DNA from: an uncultured Bacteroidales bacterium
Lineage (GTDB): Bacteria > Bacteroidota > Bacteroidia > Bacteroidales > UBA1402
NCBI GenBank assembly: GCA_964488495.1
Contig: CAZAUQ010000007.1
Coordinates: 1-60,269, forward strand
Length of the DNA: 60,269 nt
Direction: 5' to 3'
The notes under the pieces were generated by a model, which saw only the letters and a list, made by a program, of their open reading frames with translations, did not search any database and was not told the origin of the DNA. Below, in pieces: positions 28,514 through 41,400 of this stretch (its first letter is position 1; each line of letters opens with the position of its first letter). Position numbers and translations under genes: made by a program.

Positions 28514-29284
28514 CTAAAGTTTTCGACAGCTGTGCCCGGGCAGGTAAATCTCCCGGCAACAATCCATCAATACAGGCCAGGCCTGCGTCAGTTCGTCCAG
28601 ACTGTGATATATGAGATCCGCCTGAGCCAGATAAGTGTCGTTCAAGGGACCGGTGTTGACGGCGATGGTAAAAAGCCCGGCGGCTTTGGCGGCCTCAACT
28701 CCCAAAGGAGCATTTTCAATCACCAGGGCCTGATGAACTTCTACACCTGCTTTTTGCAAGCCTTTCAGATAAGGCTCCGGATGGGGTTTGCCCTGTGTGA
28801 CGTCGAAGGCCGTCACCATACGATCCGCGCCGAAATGTCCCGGAAAATGGTGGTTGATACGGTTCAGGAGTAATTTTTGTCCGGATCCCGTTACCAGAAT
28901 GCGGGTCAGGCCTTCGGCGGCAATAGTATCCAGTAGAGCGACAGCTCCTGTCATAACAGGTGCTTCAGGCAGCGAATCGAACAAGCCGGCCTTTTTGCCG
29001 TAAATGCGTTTTACTTCCTCGTCGGTGGGCTCACGTTTCAGATGATTTCTGAATACAATTTCGATGGTCGACCGGCCTGTGCGTCCTTCGTGCATATAAG
29101 CCTCTTCTTCACTCATATGCAGGCCTTCTTCGGCCATGGTTTTGTTCCAGGTATAGGCGTGAATAGGCATGGAATCAAACAACACTCCGTCCATGTCGAG
29201 TAACACGGCTTTTAAATCCAGCTTATTCAGCCCCTTTTTGGCCAGATAGCCTTCAACAGCAGTTCGCAGGGTCGTTTTAATCAT
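28514..29284 (-). CDS. HAD-IA family hydrolase (beta-phosphoglucomutase/sugar phosphatase-like)
   Basis: DMDGVLFDS motif I, LVTGS motif II and the [16 protein letters not shown] motif III/IV region. Its start overlaps the pgi stop (ATGA at 29281-29284). Confidence 0.85.
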   Translation of the reverse strand: MIKTTLRTAVEGYLAKKGLNKLDLKAVLLDMDGVLFDSMPIHAYTWNKTMAEEGLHMSEEEAYMHEGRTGRSTIEIVFRNHLKREPTDEEVKRIYGKKAGLFDSLPEAPVMTGAVALLDTIAAEGLTRILVTGSGQKLLLNRINHHFPGHFGADRMVTAFDVTQGKPHPEPYLKGLQKAGVEVHQALVIENAPLGVEAAKAAGLFTIAVNTGPLNDTYLAQADLIYHSLDELTQAWPVLMDCCREIYLPGHSCRKL

Positions 29285-30618
29285 AAGCGGGAACGTATGG
29301 CGGCCGATTCGGCTTCGTAGCCCGGTTTTTGCAATAAGGCAAACATATTCTTTTTGTAGGCTTCCACGCCCGGTTGGTCAAAAGGATTGATGCCCAGCAT
29401 ATAGCCGCTGATTCCACAGGCTTTTTCGAAAAAGTAGAGCAATTCGCCCAGGTGATATTCGTTCAAGGCCGGCAGTTCAATTTTAATGTTGGGCACTTCT
29501 CCGTCCACGTGGGCGATCTGAGTGCCCAGTTCGGCCATTTTATTGACCTGATCCACTCTTTTGCCGGACAGGTAATTCAAGCCATCCAGATTGTCGGCAT
29601 CCGTGGGTATTATGACTTCCCGATTGGGACCGGCAATGGAAATAACCGTTTCAAAAATACTGCGTTCACCTTCCTGTATCCACTGGCCCATAGAGTGCAG
29701 GTCGGTGGTCAGGTCGACGGCTGCGGGAAACAGGCCTTTGTGTTCCTTGCCTTCGCTTTCGCCGTAGAGTTGCTTCCACCATTCAGCAATGAAATGCAGC
29801 TTGGGATGGTAATTGGCCAGGATCTCGATTTTTTTGCCCTTGTTGTACAAAGCATTGCGGGTAGCTGCATAGAGAGCAGCGGGATTTTGATCAAAAGCTG
29901 TTTCACTGCGTTTTTCCATAGCCAAAGCACCGGCCAGCAATTGACGAATGTCGTAACCGGCCACCGCAATGGGCAGCAAGCCCACCGGTGTAAGAACGGA
30001 ATAGCGTCCGCCTACGTTGTCGGGAATGACATAACTCTTATAGCCTTCCTGTTGGGCCAGTTTGCGCAAAGCCCCTTTGGAGGCGTCGGTCACAGCCACA
30101 ATACGTTCACGGGCTTCTTCTTTGCCCAGCTGATTTTCGAGCTGAGTCTTGAGCAGACGAAAAGCCAAAGCTGTTTCGGTGGTAGTGCCCGATTTGGAAA
30201 TATTGATGATGCCAAAACGCTTGCCTTCCAGAAAACGACTGAGTTCAAAAAGATAATCTTCGCTGATGTTATGTCCGGCATATACTATTACCGGATTCTG
30301 CCGATTTGTGTTGAGCCAGTCAAAACTGTTGTTCAGAGCGTCAATAACGGCTTTGGCTCCCAGGTAGCTGCCTCCGATTCCGGCCACCACAACTACTTCG
30401 CATTTTCCGCGCAGTCGTGCAGCGGTTTCCTGAATGTCATCAATCAATTTTCCGTCCATCGAAGAGGGCAGGTGCAGCCAGCCCAAAAAGTCGCTGCCTT
30501 TGCCTTTGCCGCTGTTCAACAAATCCATGGCCTGCAGGCAGGTGGAGCGCAAAGCTTCTATTTCGCAATGGGGGACAAAGTCGTAAACCTTGGTCAAATG
30601 TATTTCAAGTTGCTTCAT
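29281..30618 (-). CDS. pgi: glucose-6-phosphate isomerase
   Basis: 445 aa of the short PGI type, with [22 protein letters not shown] and GGRYSVLT motifs. Confidence 0.95.
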   Translation of the reverse strand: MKQLEIHLTKVYDFVPHCEIEALRSTCLQAMDLLNSGKGKGSDFLGWLHLPSSMDGKLIDDIQETAARLRGKCEVVVVAGIGGSYLGAKAVIDALNNSFDWLNTNRQNPVIVYAGHNISEDYLFELSRFLEGKRFGIINISKSGTTTETALAFRLLKTQLENQLGKEEARERIVAVTDASKGALRKLAQQEGYKSYVIPDNVGGRYSVLTPVGLLPIAVAGYDIRQLLAGALAMEKRSETAFDQNPAALYAATRNALYNKGKKIEILANYHPKLHFIAEWWKQLYGESEGKEHKGLFPAAVDLTTDLHSMGQWIQEGERSIFETVISIAGPNREVIIPTDADNLDGLNYLSGKRVDQVNKMAELGTQIAHVDGEVPNIKIELPALNEYHLGELLYFFEKACGISGYMLGINPFDQPGVEAYKKNMFALLQKPGYEAESAAIRSRL

Positions 30619-30643
30619 AGTTGTAAATATATAGTATTCATTA

Positions 30644-31645
30644 TCAGCGGAGCGATTCGCTCAGCAATTTAATTTCGATGCTTGGAGAAATGCGTTCGTA
30701 CAGCACGTTGTACACGGCATCCAGTATGGGCATATTGACGTGGTACAATTCTTCGTTGATCTCTTTTATACATTTGGTGGCGTAATAGCCTTCGGCAATC
30801 ATTTCCATTTCCATATGCGCGGTCTTGACCGAATATCCCTTGCCAATCATGGTGCCAAAAGTGCGGTTGCGGCTGAATTTTGAGTAAGCCGTCACCAGCA
30901 GGTCGCCCAGGTAGACCGATTCACAGATCTTGCGGTTTTGCGGAAAGGCCGCCTGGGTAAAGCGGTTCATTTCCTGAATGGCATTCGAAAGCAATACAGC
31001 CTGGAAGTTGTCTCCATATTTAAGACCATGGCAGATACCCGCAGCTATGGCGTAGACATTCTTGAGCGTCGAGGCGTATTCTATGCCGAACACATCGTCA
31101 GTTATGGTGGTACGCACAAATTTGCATTCAAAGCTGCGGGCCACGGCCCGGGCTTTTTCTTTGTCGCTGCAGGCAATGGTCAGATAAGAGAGGTGCTCCA
31201 ATGCCACTTCTTCTGCATGGCAAGGCCCGGCAATGGTGGCAATGTTTTCGTGAGGTACGTTGTAAATCTTGTTGAAATACTGCGAAACCAGCATATTTTC
31301 GTCCGGAACTATACCCTTGATGCCCGAAAGAATAAATTTATCGCTGATGTCCTGCTGCAATTTTTTCAAATGCAATTTGAGGTAAGGCGAAGGAGTGGCC
31401 AATATCAGGGTATCGGAGTTTTTGACGGCTACGTTGATGTCGCTGTAAAAACGGATACGGTTTATGTCAAATGGAATAGTGGTCAGATAGGAATTGTTGT
31501 ATCCGAAACGCTTAAAATCTCTGATCTGTGCCGGCCTTCGCATATACCAGTTGATCCGGGCCTGGGGATTCATCAGCAGCATCTTGGCAATAGCCGTCGC
31601 CCAGCTGCCTCCACCCAGTACACACATTTTATCGGGAAAGTCCAT
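30644..31645 (-). CDS. gpsA: NAD(P)H-dependent glycerol-3-phosphate dehydrogenase
   Basis: [12 protein letters not shown] Rossmann motif, GPCHAEEV, and the NxxxRN/GxxxG C-terminal region. Confidence 0.93.
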   Translation of the reverse strand: MDFPDKMCVLGGGSWATAIAKMLLMNPQARINWYMRRPAQIRDFKRFGYNNSYLTTIPFDINRIRFYSDINVAVKNSDTLILATPSPYLKLHLKKLQQDISDKFILSGIKGIVPDENMLVSQYFNKIYNVPHENIATIAGPCHAEEVALEHLSYLTIACSDKEKARAVARSFECKFVRTTITDDVFGIEYASTLKNVYAIAAGICHGLKYGDNFQAVLLSNAIQEMNRFTQAAFPQNRKICESVYLGDLLVTAYSKFSRNRTFGTMIGKGYSVKTAHMEMEMIAEGYYATKCIKEINEELYHVNMPILDAVYNVLYERISPSIEIKLLSESLR

Positions 31646-31663
31646 AATTTCTTTATTTTTAAA

Positions 31664-33208
31664 TTAAGCCTGAGCTTCGGATTCCGTTTTGGGAGCCGAT
31701 TTTTCGGGCCTCATTTGAGGAAAGAGCAGCACTTCCTGAATGGAGTTCTGCCCGGTAAGCATCATCACCAGGCGATCCATGCCGATGCCCATCCCCGAAG
31801 TGGGTGGCATACCGTATTCCAGGGCACGAATAAAGTCCTGATCAATAAACATAGCCTCGTCATCGCCTTTTTCGCTCAGGTGCAATTGTTCCTCGAAACG
31901 TTCGCGTTGGTCTATGGGGTCGTTCAGTTCCGAATAGGCGTTGGCCAATTCCTTACCGTTCACTATCAGTTCGAAACGTTCCGTCAGTTGGGGATTGTCG
32001 CGGTGCTTCTTGGTGAGCGGCGACATTTCTATGGGATAGTCGGTAATAAAGGTAGGTTGTATCAGTTTGTCTTCGCAGGTGGCTCCAAAGATTTCGTCGA
32101 TCAGCTTGCCTTTGCCCATGGTTGTGTCTTCGGCAATATGGAGTTTTTTACAGACCTGCCTCAGTTGCTCTTCGTCCATGCCACTGATGTCCAAGCCGGT
32201 ATATTTTTGAATGGCTGCGGTCATGGTCATCCGTTGGTAAGGAGCTTTGAACGACAAGGTATTATCGCCCACCTTAACCTCGGTAGTACCCAACACCTCC
32301 AGACAAATGCGTTCCAACATCTGCTCGGTGAACTCCATCATCCAGTTGTAATCTTTGTACGACACATAGATTTCCATGGCCGTAAACTCGGGATTGTGGC
32401 TGCGGTCCATGCCCTCGTTACGGAAATTGCGCGAAAACTCGTAAACCCCTTCGAAACCGCCCACGATCAGCCTTTTCAGGTAAAGTTCGTTGGCAATTCT
32501 AAGATAAAGCGGAATGTCCAGCGCGTTGTGATGTGTTACAAAAGGCCGGGCGGCTGCTCCTCCGGGAATGGCCTGCAAGACCGGAGTATCCACCTCCAGA
32601 TAACCTCTTTCGTTGAAGAAATTACGCATAGAGTTGAAAATGCGGGTGCGTTTGACGAAAATATCCTTCACCCCTTCGTTCACTACCAAATCCACATAGC
32701 GTTGACGATAGCGGAGTTCGGGATCACTGAAAGCGTCGTATACCACTCCGTCTTTGGTTTTGACTATGGGCAGGGGGCGCAGGGTTTTGGACAGCACCCT
32801 GAGTTCACGGGCATGTACCGAAATTTCTCCCGTTTGTGTGCGAAACACATAACCTTTGATACCCACAAAATCACCAATGTCCAGCAATTTTTTGAACACG
32901 GTATTGTAGAGTTCTTTGTTTTCGTCCGGACAAATCTCGTCGCGGTTTACATAAACCTGGATGCGTCCCTGCGAATCCTTGAGCTCCATAAACGAAGCTT
33001 TGCCCATAATGCGGCGCGACATAATGCGTCCTGCAATGCAGACTTCGCGTTTAGGTTCCTCTTCGTCTTTGAAGCTGGCTTTAATTTCGTCCGAAAAGGC
33101 AGAAGTTGGATACATTTCGGCAGGGTAGGGATCAATACCCATATCGCGCAAAGCCTGCAGGCTCTGGCGACGAAAAAGTTCCTGTTCGCTGTATTCTGGT
33201 GCTGTCAT
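31664..33208 (-). CDS. lysS: lysine--tRNA ligase (class II)
   Basis: OB-fold N-domain ([29 protein letters not shown]) and class II motifs ([14 protein letters not shown]). Confidence 0.97.
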   Translation of the reverse strand: MTAPEYSEQELFRRQSLQALRDMGIDPYPAEMYPTSAFSDEIKASFKDEEEPKREVCIAGRIMSRRIMGKASFMELKDSQGRIQVYVNRDEICPDENKELYNTVFKKLLDIGDFVGIKGYVFRTQTGEISVHARELRVLSKTLRPLPIVKTKDGVVYDAFSDPELRYRQRYVDLVVNEGVKDIFVKRTRIFNSMRNFFNERGYLEVDTPVLQAIPGGAAARPFVTHHNALDIPLYLRIANELYLKRLIVGGFEGVYEFSRNFRNEGMDRSHNPEFTAMEIYVSYKDYNWMMEFTEQMLERICLEVLGTTEVKVGDNTLSFKAPYQRMTMTAAIQKYTGLDISGMDEEQLRQVCKKLHIAEDTTMGKGKLIDEIFGATCEDKLIQPTFITDYPIEMSPLTKKHRDNPQLTERFELIVNGKELANAYSELNDPIDQRERFEEQLHLSEKGDDEAMFIDQDFIRALEYGMPPTSGMGIGMDRLVMMLTGQNSIQEVLLFPQMRPEKSAPKTESEAQA

Positions 33209-34581
33209 AGGGTTGTAGTCTTAAAAAACCGGAGCAAGTCCTGCGGGCTCATCAAATCCTGTTGCCCGGTCTGCATATTTTTTACTGTAATTTTGTTTTG
33301 TTTCATCTCGTCGGTTCCGGCTATCAACACAAAAGGAATTTTTTTGCTGTCGGCGTAGCTGAGCTGTTTTTTAATTTTAGCTGTATCTGGATAGACCTCA
33401 ACGCGAAAACCTTTTTCGCGCAGATCGGCCGCCAAAGGCAGACACCAGGCTGTTTCTTCTTCGCCGAAATTGGCGATGAGCAACTGAGTGCCCAGCATAG
33501 AAGTTGCGGGGAAAAGAGCCAGTTGAGTCAATACATCGTAAATGCGATCGGCTCCAAAGGAAACACCCACGCCCGATACTCCGGGTAAACCAAACACCCC
33601 TGTAAGGTTGTCGTAGCGGCCTCCTCCGGCAATACTGCCCATTTCGGCATCCAGAGCTTTAACTTCGATTATACAGCCGGTATAGTAATTCAGGCCTCTG
33701 GCCAGCGAAAGATCCAGTTCAAGTTTTGCTTTCTTCAGGAGTTTCTCGGCCTGTTTTACTACATAGTCGAGCTCTTCGATGCCTTGCAGGCCCTGCTTGC
33801 TGACAGACAAGTGTTGTCGTAGCATGGCTATTTTTTCACTGTTGCTGCCCTGTAACAAAAGCACCGGCTCCAGATCCCTGACAGCCTGTGCGGGAATGCC
33901 TTTTTCGGCCAGTTCCGTGCGGACATTGTCCAGTCCTATCTTGTCGAGTTTGTCTATAGCCACAGTAATGTCTGTCAGGCGCTCTTCCAGTCCCAGCATT
34001 TGGGCCAGCCCGGCCAGAATCTTACGGTTGTTGAGCTTAATGCAAACTCTGATACCCAGGTCGCTGAACACTGTATCGAGCAATTGCAGCAGTTCCACCT
34101 CGTTGAGCAGAGAATCGCTGCCCACAATATCGGCATCGCATTGAAAAAACTCGCGGTAACGACCTTTTTGAGGTCGGTCGGCCCGCCATACAGGCTGAAT
34201 CTGGTAACGTTTAAAAGGAAAAACAATCTCGTTGCGGTGCATCACCACATAGCGGGCAAAAGGCACTGTCAGGTCGTAGCGCAGGCCTTTTTCCGAAATG
34301 AGCCGGGTCAGCCTGCCGGCCTCTCTGTCCAGCAATTCCCTGTCGCTGAGTTTGCCGGCAAAGTCGCCTGAATTCAGCACCTTGAACAGCAATTTATCGC
34401 CTTCTTCCCCGTATTTGCCCATCAGTGTGGACAATTGCTCCAGAGCCGGGGTTTCAATGGCCTGAAAGCCATAGCTTTCGAAGGCTGAACGTATATTGTT
34501 GAAAATATAATTACGTTTGGCTGTCTCCTCGGGTGTAAAATCACGGGTACCCTTGGGGATGGACGGTTTTTGAATAGCCAT
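33205..34581 (-). CDS. hisS: histidine--tRNA ligase
   Basis: [27 protein letters not shown] and GGGRYD motifs. Its stop overlaps the lysS start (ATGA). Confidence 0.97.
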   Translation of the reverse strand: MAIQKPSIPKGTRDFTPEETAKRNYIFNNIRSAFESYGFQAIETPALEQLSTLMGKYGEEGDKLLFKVLNSGDFAGKLSDRELLDREAGRLTRLISEKGLRYDLTVPFARYVVMHRNEIVFPFKRYQIQPVWRADRPQKGRYREFFQCDADIVGSDSLLNEVELLQLLDTVFSDLGIRVCIKLNNRKILAGLAQMLGLEERLTDITVAIDKLDKIGLDNVRTELAEKGIPAQAVRDLEPVLLLQGSNSEKIAMLRQHLSVSKQGLQGIEELDYVVKQAEKLLKKAKLELDLSLARGLNYYTGCIIEVKALDAEMGSIAGGGRYDNLTGVFGLPGVSGVGVSFGADRIYDVLTQLALFPATSMLGTQLLIANFGEEETAWCLPLAADLREKGFRVEVYPDTAKIKKQLSYADSKKIPFVLIAGTDEMKQNKITVKNMQTGQQDLMSPQDLLRFFKTTTL

Positions 34582-34587
34582 AAATAT

Positions 34588-35271
34588 TTAGTTGCGATTT
34601 CTCCCTCCAAGAAAAATCAGGATGTAATAAATAAGTGTTGCCAGAGAGCTCAGGGCGGCAATCACATAGGTGTAGGCAGCCCATTTGAGTGCATCAGCCG
34701 CCATGGGATGTGTTGAAACATTGGTGATACCCGTTTTGTTGAGCCAGGCTACAGCCCTGGCGCTGGCATTGATCTCCACCGGCAGGGTAATAAAACTAAA
34801 CAAAGTGGTCAGCCCGAAGAGTACAATCCCGAAAAGAAGCAGATAGGGGAATCTTTGCATAAGCAATATGCCGGCCAGCAAGACCCAATGCATCCAGTTG
34901 GAAGTAAAACTCACCACAGGCACCAGTTTGGAACGCATGGTCAAAAAAGCATAGGCGGTGGCGTGTTGCACGGCATGCCCGCACTCGTGAGCTGCTACCG
35001 AGGCGGCAGCAATGCTGTTGCCACTGTAGACGGCTTCGCTCAGGTTTATGGTTTTGGTCAGCGGGTTGTAATGGTCGGTGAGCTGACCCCGCACATGAGA
35101 CACCTTGATGTCGTAAATGCCGTGCTCCTGCAACATCCTTTCGGCCACCTCCCTGCCGCTGAGGCCCGAGGGAAGGCGTATCTTGCTGTATTTGTCGAAT
35201 TTGCTTTTCAATACGCTTTGCACTATCCAGCTAAGGAGGGCAAAGCCTATAAAAATCACATAAATTATCAT
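34588..35271 (-). CDS. membrane zinc metallopeptidase (YugP-like family)
   Basis: HECGHAVQH zinc motif and TM helices. The track start at 35292 is TTG and overlaps purA; the ATG at 35271 (MIIYVIF) is preferred. Confidence 0.82.
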   Translation of the reverse strand: MIIYVIFIGFALLSWIVQSVLKSKFDKYSKIRLPSGLSGREVAERMLQEHGIYDIKVSHVRGQLTDHYNPLTKTINLSEAVYSGNSIAAASVAAHECGHAVQHATAYAFLTMRSKLVPVVSFTSNWMHWVLLAGILLMQRFPYLLLFGIVLFGLTTLFSFITLPVEINASARAVAWLNKTGITNVSTHPMAADALKWAAYTYVIAALSSLATLIYYILIFLGGRNRN

Positions 35272-35278
35272 ATACTTA

Positions 35279-36544
35279 TCAATAACGTTCAATGGTTTGA
35301 GCCCTGTCGGGGCCTACCGAAACATATTTGATGCGGACACCCAGCTCTTCTTCCAGAAAACTCAGGTATTGATTGAATTCTTCGGGAAATTCGTCTTCGG
35401 ACTGCATCCTGGTCATATCCGTTTTCCAGCCGGGGAGTTCGGTAAGTACCGGCTCAATCTCAGTCTGAATGTCGAAAGGCAGGTCCTCGGTTTCTTTGCC
35501 GTCAATCTTGTAGGCTACGCAGGCTTTGATGGTGTCGAAGCTGTCGAGCACATCGCTTTTCATCATAATCAGGTCGGTAACTCCGTCTATCATTACGGCA
35601 TAACGCAGAGCCACCAGGTCTATCCAGCCGCAACGGCGTGGACGTCCCGTGACTGAGCCGTATTCGTTACCCCGGTCACGCATCAGCTTGCCTTCTTCGT
35701 CAAAAAGCTCGGTAGGGAAGGGGCCGCTGCCCACCCGGGTGCAATAAGCCTTGAAAATGCCGAACACCCGGTCTATGTGACGCGGAGCCACGCCCAGTCC
35801 TGTGCAGGCTCCGGCACAAACCGTATTGGAAGAAGTCACAAAAGGATAGGAGCCGAAATCAATGTCGAGCATAGTACCTTGAGCGCCTTCGCATAAAATC
35901 TTTTTGCCTTCGCTGATTTTTTTGTTCAGAAAATGTTCACTGTCAATCAGTTTGAATTTTTTCAAACACACAAGGCCTTCGAACCATTCTTTTTCGATCT
36001 TGGCCAGTTCGGCGGTATCAACCGAAAAATTCATTTGTTCCAGGATGGTCAGATGTCTGGCGGTTGCTTCCTTGTACTTGCGTTCGAAGTCATGCAGAAT
36101 GTCGCCCACCCTGAGCCCGTTACGGCTTACTTTATCGGTATAGGCAGGGCCTATGCCCTTGCCGGTGGTGCCTATTTTACCCTGGCCTTTGGAGGCTTCG
36201 TTGGCAGCATCCAGCAGGCGGTGGGTAGGTAAAATCAAGTGAGCTTTTTTTGAAATCAGCAGTCGTTTGGTCAATGTGTGTCCGCTCCTGGCTAGTTGAT
36301 CGATTTCGCATTTGAACAAAGCGGGATCTATTACAACACCGTTGCCTATCACATTGATTTTGTCCCCCTGAAAAATGCCCGAAGGAATGGAGCGCAGTAC
36401 ATACTTATTCCCTTCGAATTCCAGTGTATGCCCGGCGTTTGGGCCGCCCTGAAAACGGCATACCAATTCATAATCAGGTGTCAGTACGTCTACCACCTTA
36501 CCTTTTCCCTCGTCGCCCCATTGGAGGCCTAATAATACATCCAT
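35279..36544 (-). CDS. purA: adenylosuccinate synthase
   Basis: MDVLLGLQWGDEGKGKVVD P-loop, GTTGKGIGPAY and GVGP motifs. The ATG at 36544 matches the conserved N-terminus, and the 16-aa upstream extension is rejected. Confidence 0.97.
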   Translation of the reverse strand: MDVLLGLQWGDEGKGKVVDVLTPDYELVCRFQGGPNAGHTLEFEGNKYVLRSIPSGIFQGDKINVIGNGVVIDPALFKCEIDQLARSGHTLTKRLLISKKAHLILPTHRLLDAANEASKGQGKIGTTGKGIGPAYTDKVSRNGLRVGDILHDFERKYKEATARHLTILEQMNFSVDTAELAKIEKEWFEGLVCLKKFKLIDSEHFLNKKISEGKKILCEGAQGTMLDIDFGSYPFVTSSNTVCAGACTGLGVAPRHIDRVFGIFKAYCTRVGSGPFPTELFDEEGKLMRDRGNEYGSVTGRPRRCGWIDLVALRYAVMIDGVTDLIMMKSDVLDSFDTIKACVAYKIDGKETEDLPFDIQTEIEPVLTELPGWKTDMTRMQSEDEFPEEFNQYLSFLEEELGVRIKYVSVGPDRAQTIERY

Positions 36545-36644
36545 GATAAAATAATGATTGCCAGTAGTGTACACATAAAAGGGCACGAACATAGCGATGT
36601 CCGTGCTTTCTTTCGAAAAACCAGCTACAAAGATAAAAAATATT

Positions 36645-38060
36645 TTAGAATATCAGTTTATCCATAGCCTCAACTATTTCACGGCGAAGTTTTTCGGAGG
36701 CTGCCAACAGGGGGCTTTTTTGTACCTTCAGCCAGAATCGGCGGCTTCGATTGTAGAGTTTAATAATCAACACTTTAGACCGGAAGAAGATAAGCAGGCT
36801 CAAAGGCAGCACAGCCAGATAGGCCGCTGCAATCCAGAAAGTGCCGCTGATAATCCAGACCGCCGCAAACAGGATTAAATACCAAAGCGGAAATGTCACC
36901 AAAGTACCCAGGCCAAAATGAAAAGATGAATGTAGCATTTTGTCCTTGATTTTGCGGGTAATCAGACTGCCGGCGTAAAAAGGCAGCACATTGTTCAGGT
37001 AGCCAAACAGCCAGATGGGCGAAAACAACAACAAAGCAAAGGTCCTGAGCCAGAAGCCGGCCAGAAAGCGTTTGCGGAAAATCCAGTCCCTCAGTTTGAG
37101 CTGATCAAGGTTCTTATTGTATTGCCCGGCTTTAGTGATGAGTTGATCAAAAGCCGCCCGGTCTTTTTCTTTGAAATCGTCCAAAGCAGCCACTATGTGT
37201 TGATCGGCTTCCAGTTCGTTTGGGAAATAGCCGGGGTTGTTGTAACGTTTCCTGCAAAATACCGAAGCCTGTTTGTCCGGCTTGACGACAGGAGCAGGGC
37301 GTCGACGGATGTAAGTATCTCTGTAAATGGTGCAGAGCATGGCATACTCGTCGTAATGCTCCAGATCTTTGATGTCGAGCATCAGTTGTTGCACCCTTTC
37401 GCGGGCTTTTTGAGCCAGCAGGTATTGCGCCCGGTTGGGATCGGTTTTGTGCAGTTCATAAAGTTCGGTAAACTCAAAAGGTTTCCCGATGTTGATCATC
37501 AGTTTGCCCTGCATCCTGAAATAATGGGAGTAATGATTACCCAGGGGCAGGATCTTGAGCTTCAGTTTATAGTCCGACAATTCCACCGCCTTGAAGGCAA
37601 TTCGGGCAAAACCTTTTTTGAAAGTACCCAGGTGATGGCAATCTTCGTGTCCGGCTTCGGGGAAGAGGCCAATAATATCCCCTTCGTTGATAATCCTGGC
37701 CGAATGGGCAAAAATGATCTCATTGTTGTCGAGGCCTGCCAGTCCGACATCCCTTTTGCGAAAAGCCGGCATAATTTTCAAAAAACGCAGCAATTTGCCC
37801 ACAAACTCTTTTTTGAAAATATCGGCCCGGGCAATAAAGACCGGGAAGCGTCCCCCCATAGAAAATAAAATCCCCAGGGCGTCGTTCAGGCCGTTCTGGT
37901 GATTGCATATAACCATGAAGCCTTCGCCCCGGGGCGGAATATTTTCTTTGTTTACAACATTATAACGTCTGTAATAGATCTGATTGTGAACAAATTGCAC
38001 ATATCTATACAACAAGGAATACCTGAAATCCGGTTTGTTGATCCGTTTAAAATCCAACAT
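36645..38060 (-). CDS. membrane-anchored glycerolipid acyltransferase (PlsC/LPLAT family)
   Basis: 471 aa with the N-terminal acyltransferase block VICNHQNGLNDAL and FPEAGHED, plus C-terminal TM helices. Substrate unknown. Confidence 0.7.
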   Translation of the reverse strand: MLDFKRINKPDFRYSLLYRYVQFVHNQIYYRRYNVVNKENIPPRGEGFMVICNHQNGLNDALGILFSMGGRFPVFIARADIFKKEFVGKLLRFLKIMPAFRKRDVGLAGLDNNEIIFAHSARIINEGDIIGLFPEAGHEDCHHLGTFKKGFARIAFKAVELSDYKLKLKILPLGNHYSHYFRMQGKLMINIGKPFEFTELYELHKTDPNRAQYLLAQKARERVQQLMLDIKDLEHYDEYAMLCTIYRDTYIRRRPAPVVKPDKQASVFCRKRYNNPGYFPNELEADQHIVAALDDFKEKDRAAFDQLITKAGQYNKNLDQLKLRDWIFRKRFLAGFWLRTFALLLFSPIWLFGYLNNVLPFYAGSLITRKIKDKMLHSSFHFGLGTLVTFPLWYLILFAAVWIISGTFWIAAAYLAVLPLSLLIFFRSKVLIIKLYNRSRRFWLKVQKSPLLAASEKLRREIVEAMDKLIF

Positions 38061-38117
38061 GGCGGTTTTTTTTGAATTCTAGCCCAAAGATAGGACTTTT
38101 TTTAAAACCAACCGCCT

Positions 38118-38417
38118 TCAGACACTTTGTTCAATATTCCAGACAAAAGCCCTGACACCGATTTCTTCGTTACGTTTATCCAGTTTTTTGATACAATCAA
38201 GCAATTCCTCCACCTGATCGTCCTGGACCACAGTCATAGTGGCCGAATTCATTTCGGGCCAGGTGTGGGTGCCCATTCTGGGCTCCCCGTTCACCGAACC
38301 TCTGCCGTCGACCTTTTCCCAGGTGGTAAAGCCCCTGATAGCCAATCGGTCAAACATGTAATCCACCCTTTCGGTGTTGGCTTGATTGTATACTATAAAT
38401 ACCGCTTTCATACTCAT
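38118..38417 (-). CDS. small cytoplasmic transporter-associated protein (P-II-like alpha/beta pattern) coupled to the RND pump
   Basis: 99 aa with no TM. Its start overlaps the RND stop (ATGA at 38414-38417). From memory it resembles the proteins RefSeq names PG0541-family transporter-associated protein; this needs an HMM check. Confidence 0.6.
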   Translation of the reverse strand: MSMKAVFIVYNQANTERVDYMFDRLAIRGFTTWEKVDGRGSVNGEPRMGTHTWPEMNSATMTVVQDDQVEELLDCIKKLDKRNEEIGVRAFVWNIEQSV

Positions 38418-41400
38418 TTATTCATAAAAACAAATTGTTTACGGGTTTTTTCCTGTTTGTCGCGATCTCCGTGACGAGCCATCAAACCGTACATGACCGG
38501 AATCAGGATCATGGTTATAGCCGTGGAAACGACCATACCTCCGATGATGGTGATTCCCATGGGTGACCAGATTTCGGAACCTTCACCTATTCCAAGAGCC
38601 ATAGGAAACATCCCCAGAATGGTGGTGGCAGCCGTCATCAATACCGGTCTGAGCCTGGATTTGCCGGAGACGGCAATAGCCTCGTTCACTTCCAGTCCAC
38701 GGTCGCGCATCAGGTTGATAAAGTCTACCAGTACGATACCGTTTTTGACCACGATACCTACCAGCAAGACCAGCCCCAGGGCGGCAATCATACTCAGATC
38801 GGTACCTGTAATCCACAAGGCCAAAGCAGCGCCGGTAACGGCAAAAGGAATGGAAAACATGATGACAAAAGGTCTTGAATAAGACTCAAACTGTGAAGCC
38901 ATCACCAGATAAACCAACACAATCACCAGGAGGAAAAGCAAACCCAGATCGGCAAAAGATTCCTGTTGTTCTTCGTAATCACCGCCAATATTGATGATGA
39001 CATCCTGGGGAATTTCCAGACCGTTCATAACAGTTTGTATGGAAGCAGCCATTTCACCCAGCGACACTCCCACCGGAGTGACCGAAACCTTCACAATACG
39101 CTCCCGGCGCTGGCGGTCGATCGAAGGAGGCGACCAGAATTCCTTGATTTCTCCAATTTCGCTGAGTTTGATCATTGTACCCGTGGCCGTGGAAATACTT
39201 AGTTGTTCCAGGTCGGTGATGGAATTGCGGTACTGTTCTTCCAGTCGGACAACGATATCGTATTCTTCGCCGCCTTCTCTGAAATAACCTGCGGTAGCAC
39301 CATACACCCTGCTGCGGATGAAATTGGAAACTGTGGCTGAATTCAGGCCGTGCAAGGCTAGTTTTTCTTTGTCAAGCACCACCTGCAGCTCTGCTTTGTC
39401 GTCCTTGCGGCTGATGGTTATATCGCGGGCACCTTCCAAATTCTGGCACAGGATCTTGACATCCTGAGCCAGTGCATTGGTTTTGTCAATATCGTAGCCC
39501 AGAATTTCTACATCCACGGTGCTGGTGCCTCCCATGCCTCCCATGCCCGATCCTCCGGCTGATACGGTATAGTTGATCACTTCGGGCAAGGTAGTCAGGT
39601 AGGTTCGAATCTGTTCAGCAATTTCAATATCGCTGCGATCGCGTTGGTCAATATCCTTTAAACGAATGTTAAGATTGATCAAATGACTACCCGAATTCGA
39701 CATCATGGCAGCGAAACCTGCCTCGTCTATAGATCCGGTGGAACTCGAAAGCAAAGTTACTTCGGGGCAATTATTCATTATATATTGCTCTATAGCCGAA
39801 GTGGTTTCAAGCGTTTGTTCCACCCGGGTACCCGTCTGTAATTCAATAGAAGCTGATAACCTGCTCTGGTCGGCAGAAGGCATAAACTCCGTGCCGATAA
39901 AGCGGAATAAACCCAAAGAAAGTATAAAAATAACTATCGAAACCAGCAGTATCAAGACTTTGTGTTTTAGGGCCTTGCGCAGCAATCTTTCGTAAGCATC
40001 GTCCATACTGTCGAGCATTTTACCTATCGTACGGTCGTACAGACGTGGTTTTTCGTCTTTGTCGCGGCTCTTGAGCAAACGCGACGAAAGCATAGGTGTC
40101 AGACTGATGGCCGCAGCCGTAGAGGTACATACCGTTATGGTGACAATCCAGCCCAGTTCTTTGAACATGATACCAGTCATTCCACCCAGCATAGTCAGAG
40201 GCATAAACACAGCCACAATAACCAGGGTGGTAACAATTACCGATACCCAGACTTCGTTGGTGGCATAAATGGCCGCTTCGCGGGGATTGCTGCCCCGGCG
40301 GATATGTTTGGTAATATTTTCCAGCACCACTATGGCATCGTCCACCACCATACCGATGGCAATCGAGAGCGAAGACATAGATATGATGTTGAGCGAACTA
40401 CCCGTGGCAAAGAGATATATGGCGGCTACCACCAGCGAAATGGGAATGGTCAGCGCAATGATAAGCGTAGCCCTGAAGCGCCCCACAAAAAAGAGCACCA
40501 CTACCACCACAAAAAGCAAAGCAAAAAATAAGGCTGACGACAAATTACTTATGGAGCTGCTTATGAACTTCGAAGTATCAAAAACCAGATGAGTCTCAAT
40601 ATCTGTAGGCAGATTGGTTTCGAGTTGTTCGAGTTCTTTTTTGACCTTTTTACAAACCGCAACCGAATTGGCTCCCGATTGACGGGTAATGGTCAGACGG
40701 GCAGCCTGAGCACCATTGGAGCGTTCTTCTAGACTCAGGTCTTTTACGGTATCGTTCACCTGGGCAATGTCGCGAATAAACACCGGTGCATCATTCGACA
40801 CACCCACCACCAGATTGCGAATTTCTTCGCTCACTTCAAACTGACCTTCAACTCTCAGCTGATAGGTTTCCCGTCCCATTTTGACGTTACCGGCGGGCAA
40901 GTTCATGTTGTTGACGGCAATGGCGTTGGTCACCTGTTCCAGGTTCAAACCGGCCGCATCCATTTTTTTGGCGTCCACATTAACGTATACATAGCGTTTG
41001 GGAGCTCCGGTTACGCTGATGGAGCCGATACCGTCTATGCGCTTGAGCGGATTCACCACCTGTTCCTCCAGGATTTTATTGAGCCCGTTGTAGCTTTCGT
41101 CGGCCGTGACTGTATACATTAAAATAGGCATCATGCTGGTACTCAACTTGAAGATAGAGGGACGGCTGGTACCATCGGGTAAATAGTCGTAGTACATATC
41201 GATGGCATCGCGCACATCGTTTACGGCTTCGTCCAGATTGGTTCCCCATTCAAATTCCATGCTGATTACCGACATATTGTCCGAAGAGGTCGAGTAGATT
41301 TCCTTTATGCCCTGCACGCTGTTGAAAGCGTCTTCGAGCACTTCGGTCACATTGGTTTCTATCTCAGAGGCGTTGGCCCCCGAGTAAGAGGTCATAACCG

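Noticed and set aside
29374-30672. A 432-aa + strand ORF antisense to pgi. Similar long antisense ORFs occur at 49261..50433, 57486..58655, 58767..59636, 11853..12614 and 37122..37868.
   Set aside because: The same shadow-ORF explanation applies. Each lies entirely within a well-supported conserved gene on the other strand, and none shows family motifs.
30938-33358. An 806-aa open reading frame on the + strand spanning gpsA, lysS and the end of hisS.
   Set aside because: It is exactly codon-aligned antisense to gpsA and lysS; both have minus-strand codon phase 1 mod 3. Stops in that frame arise only where the sense genes use TTA, CTA or TCA codons, which these genes evidently avoid. The translation is rich in F/V/H/G and has no recognisable motifs, whereas the sense-strand genes are unambiguous. 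It is a shadow ORF.
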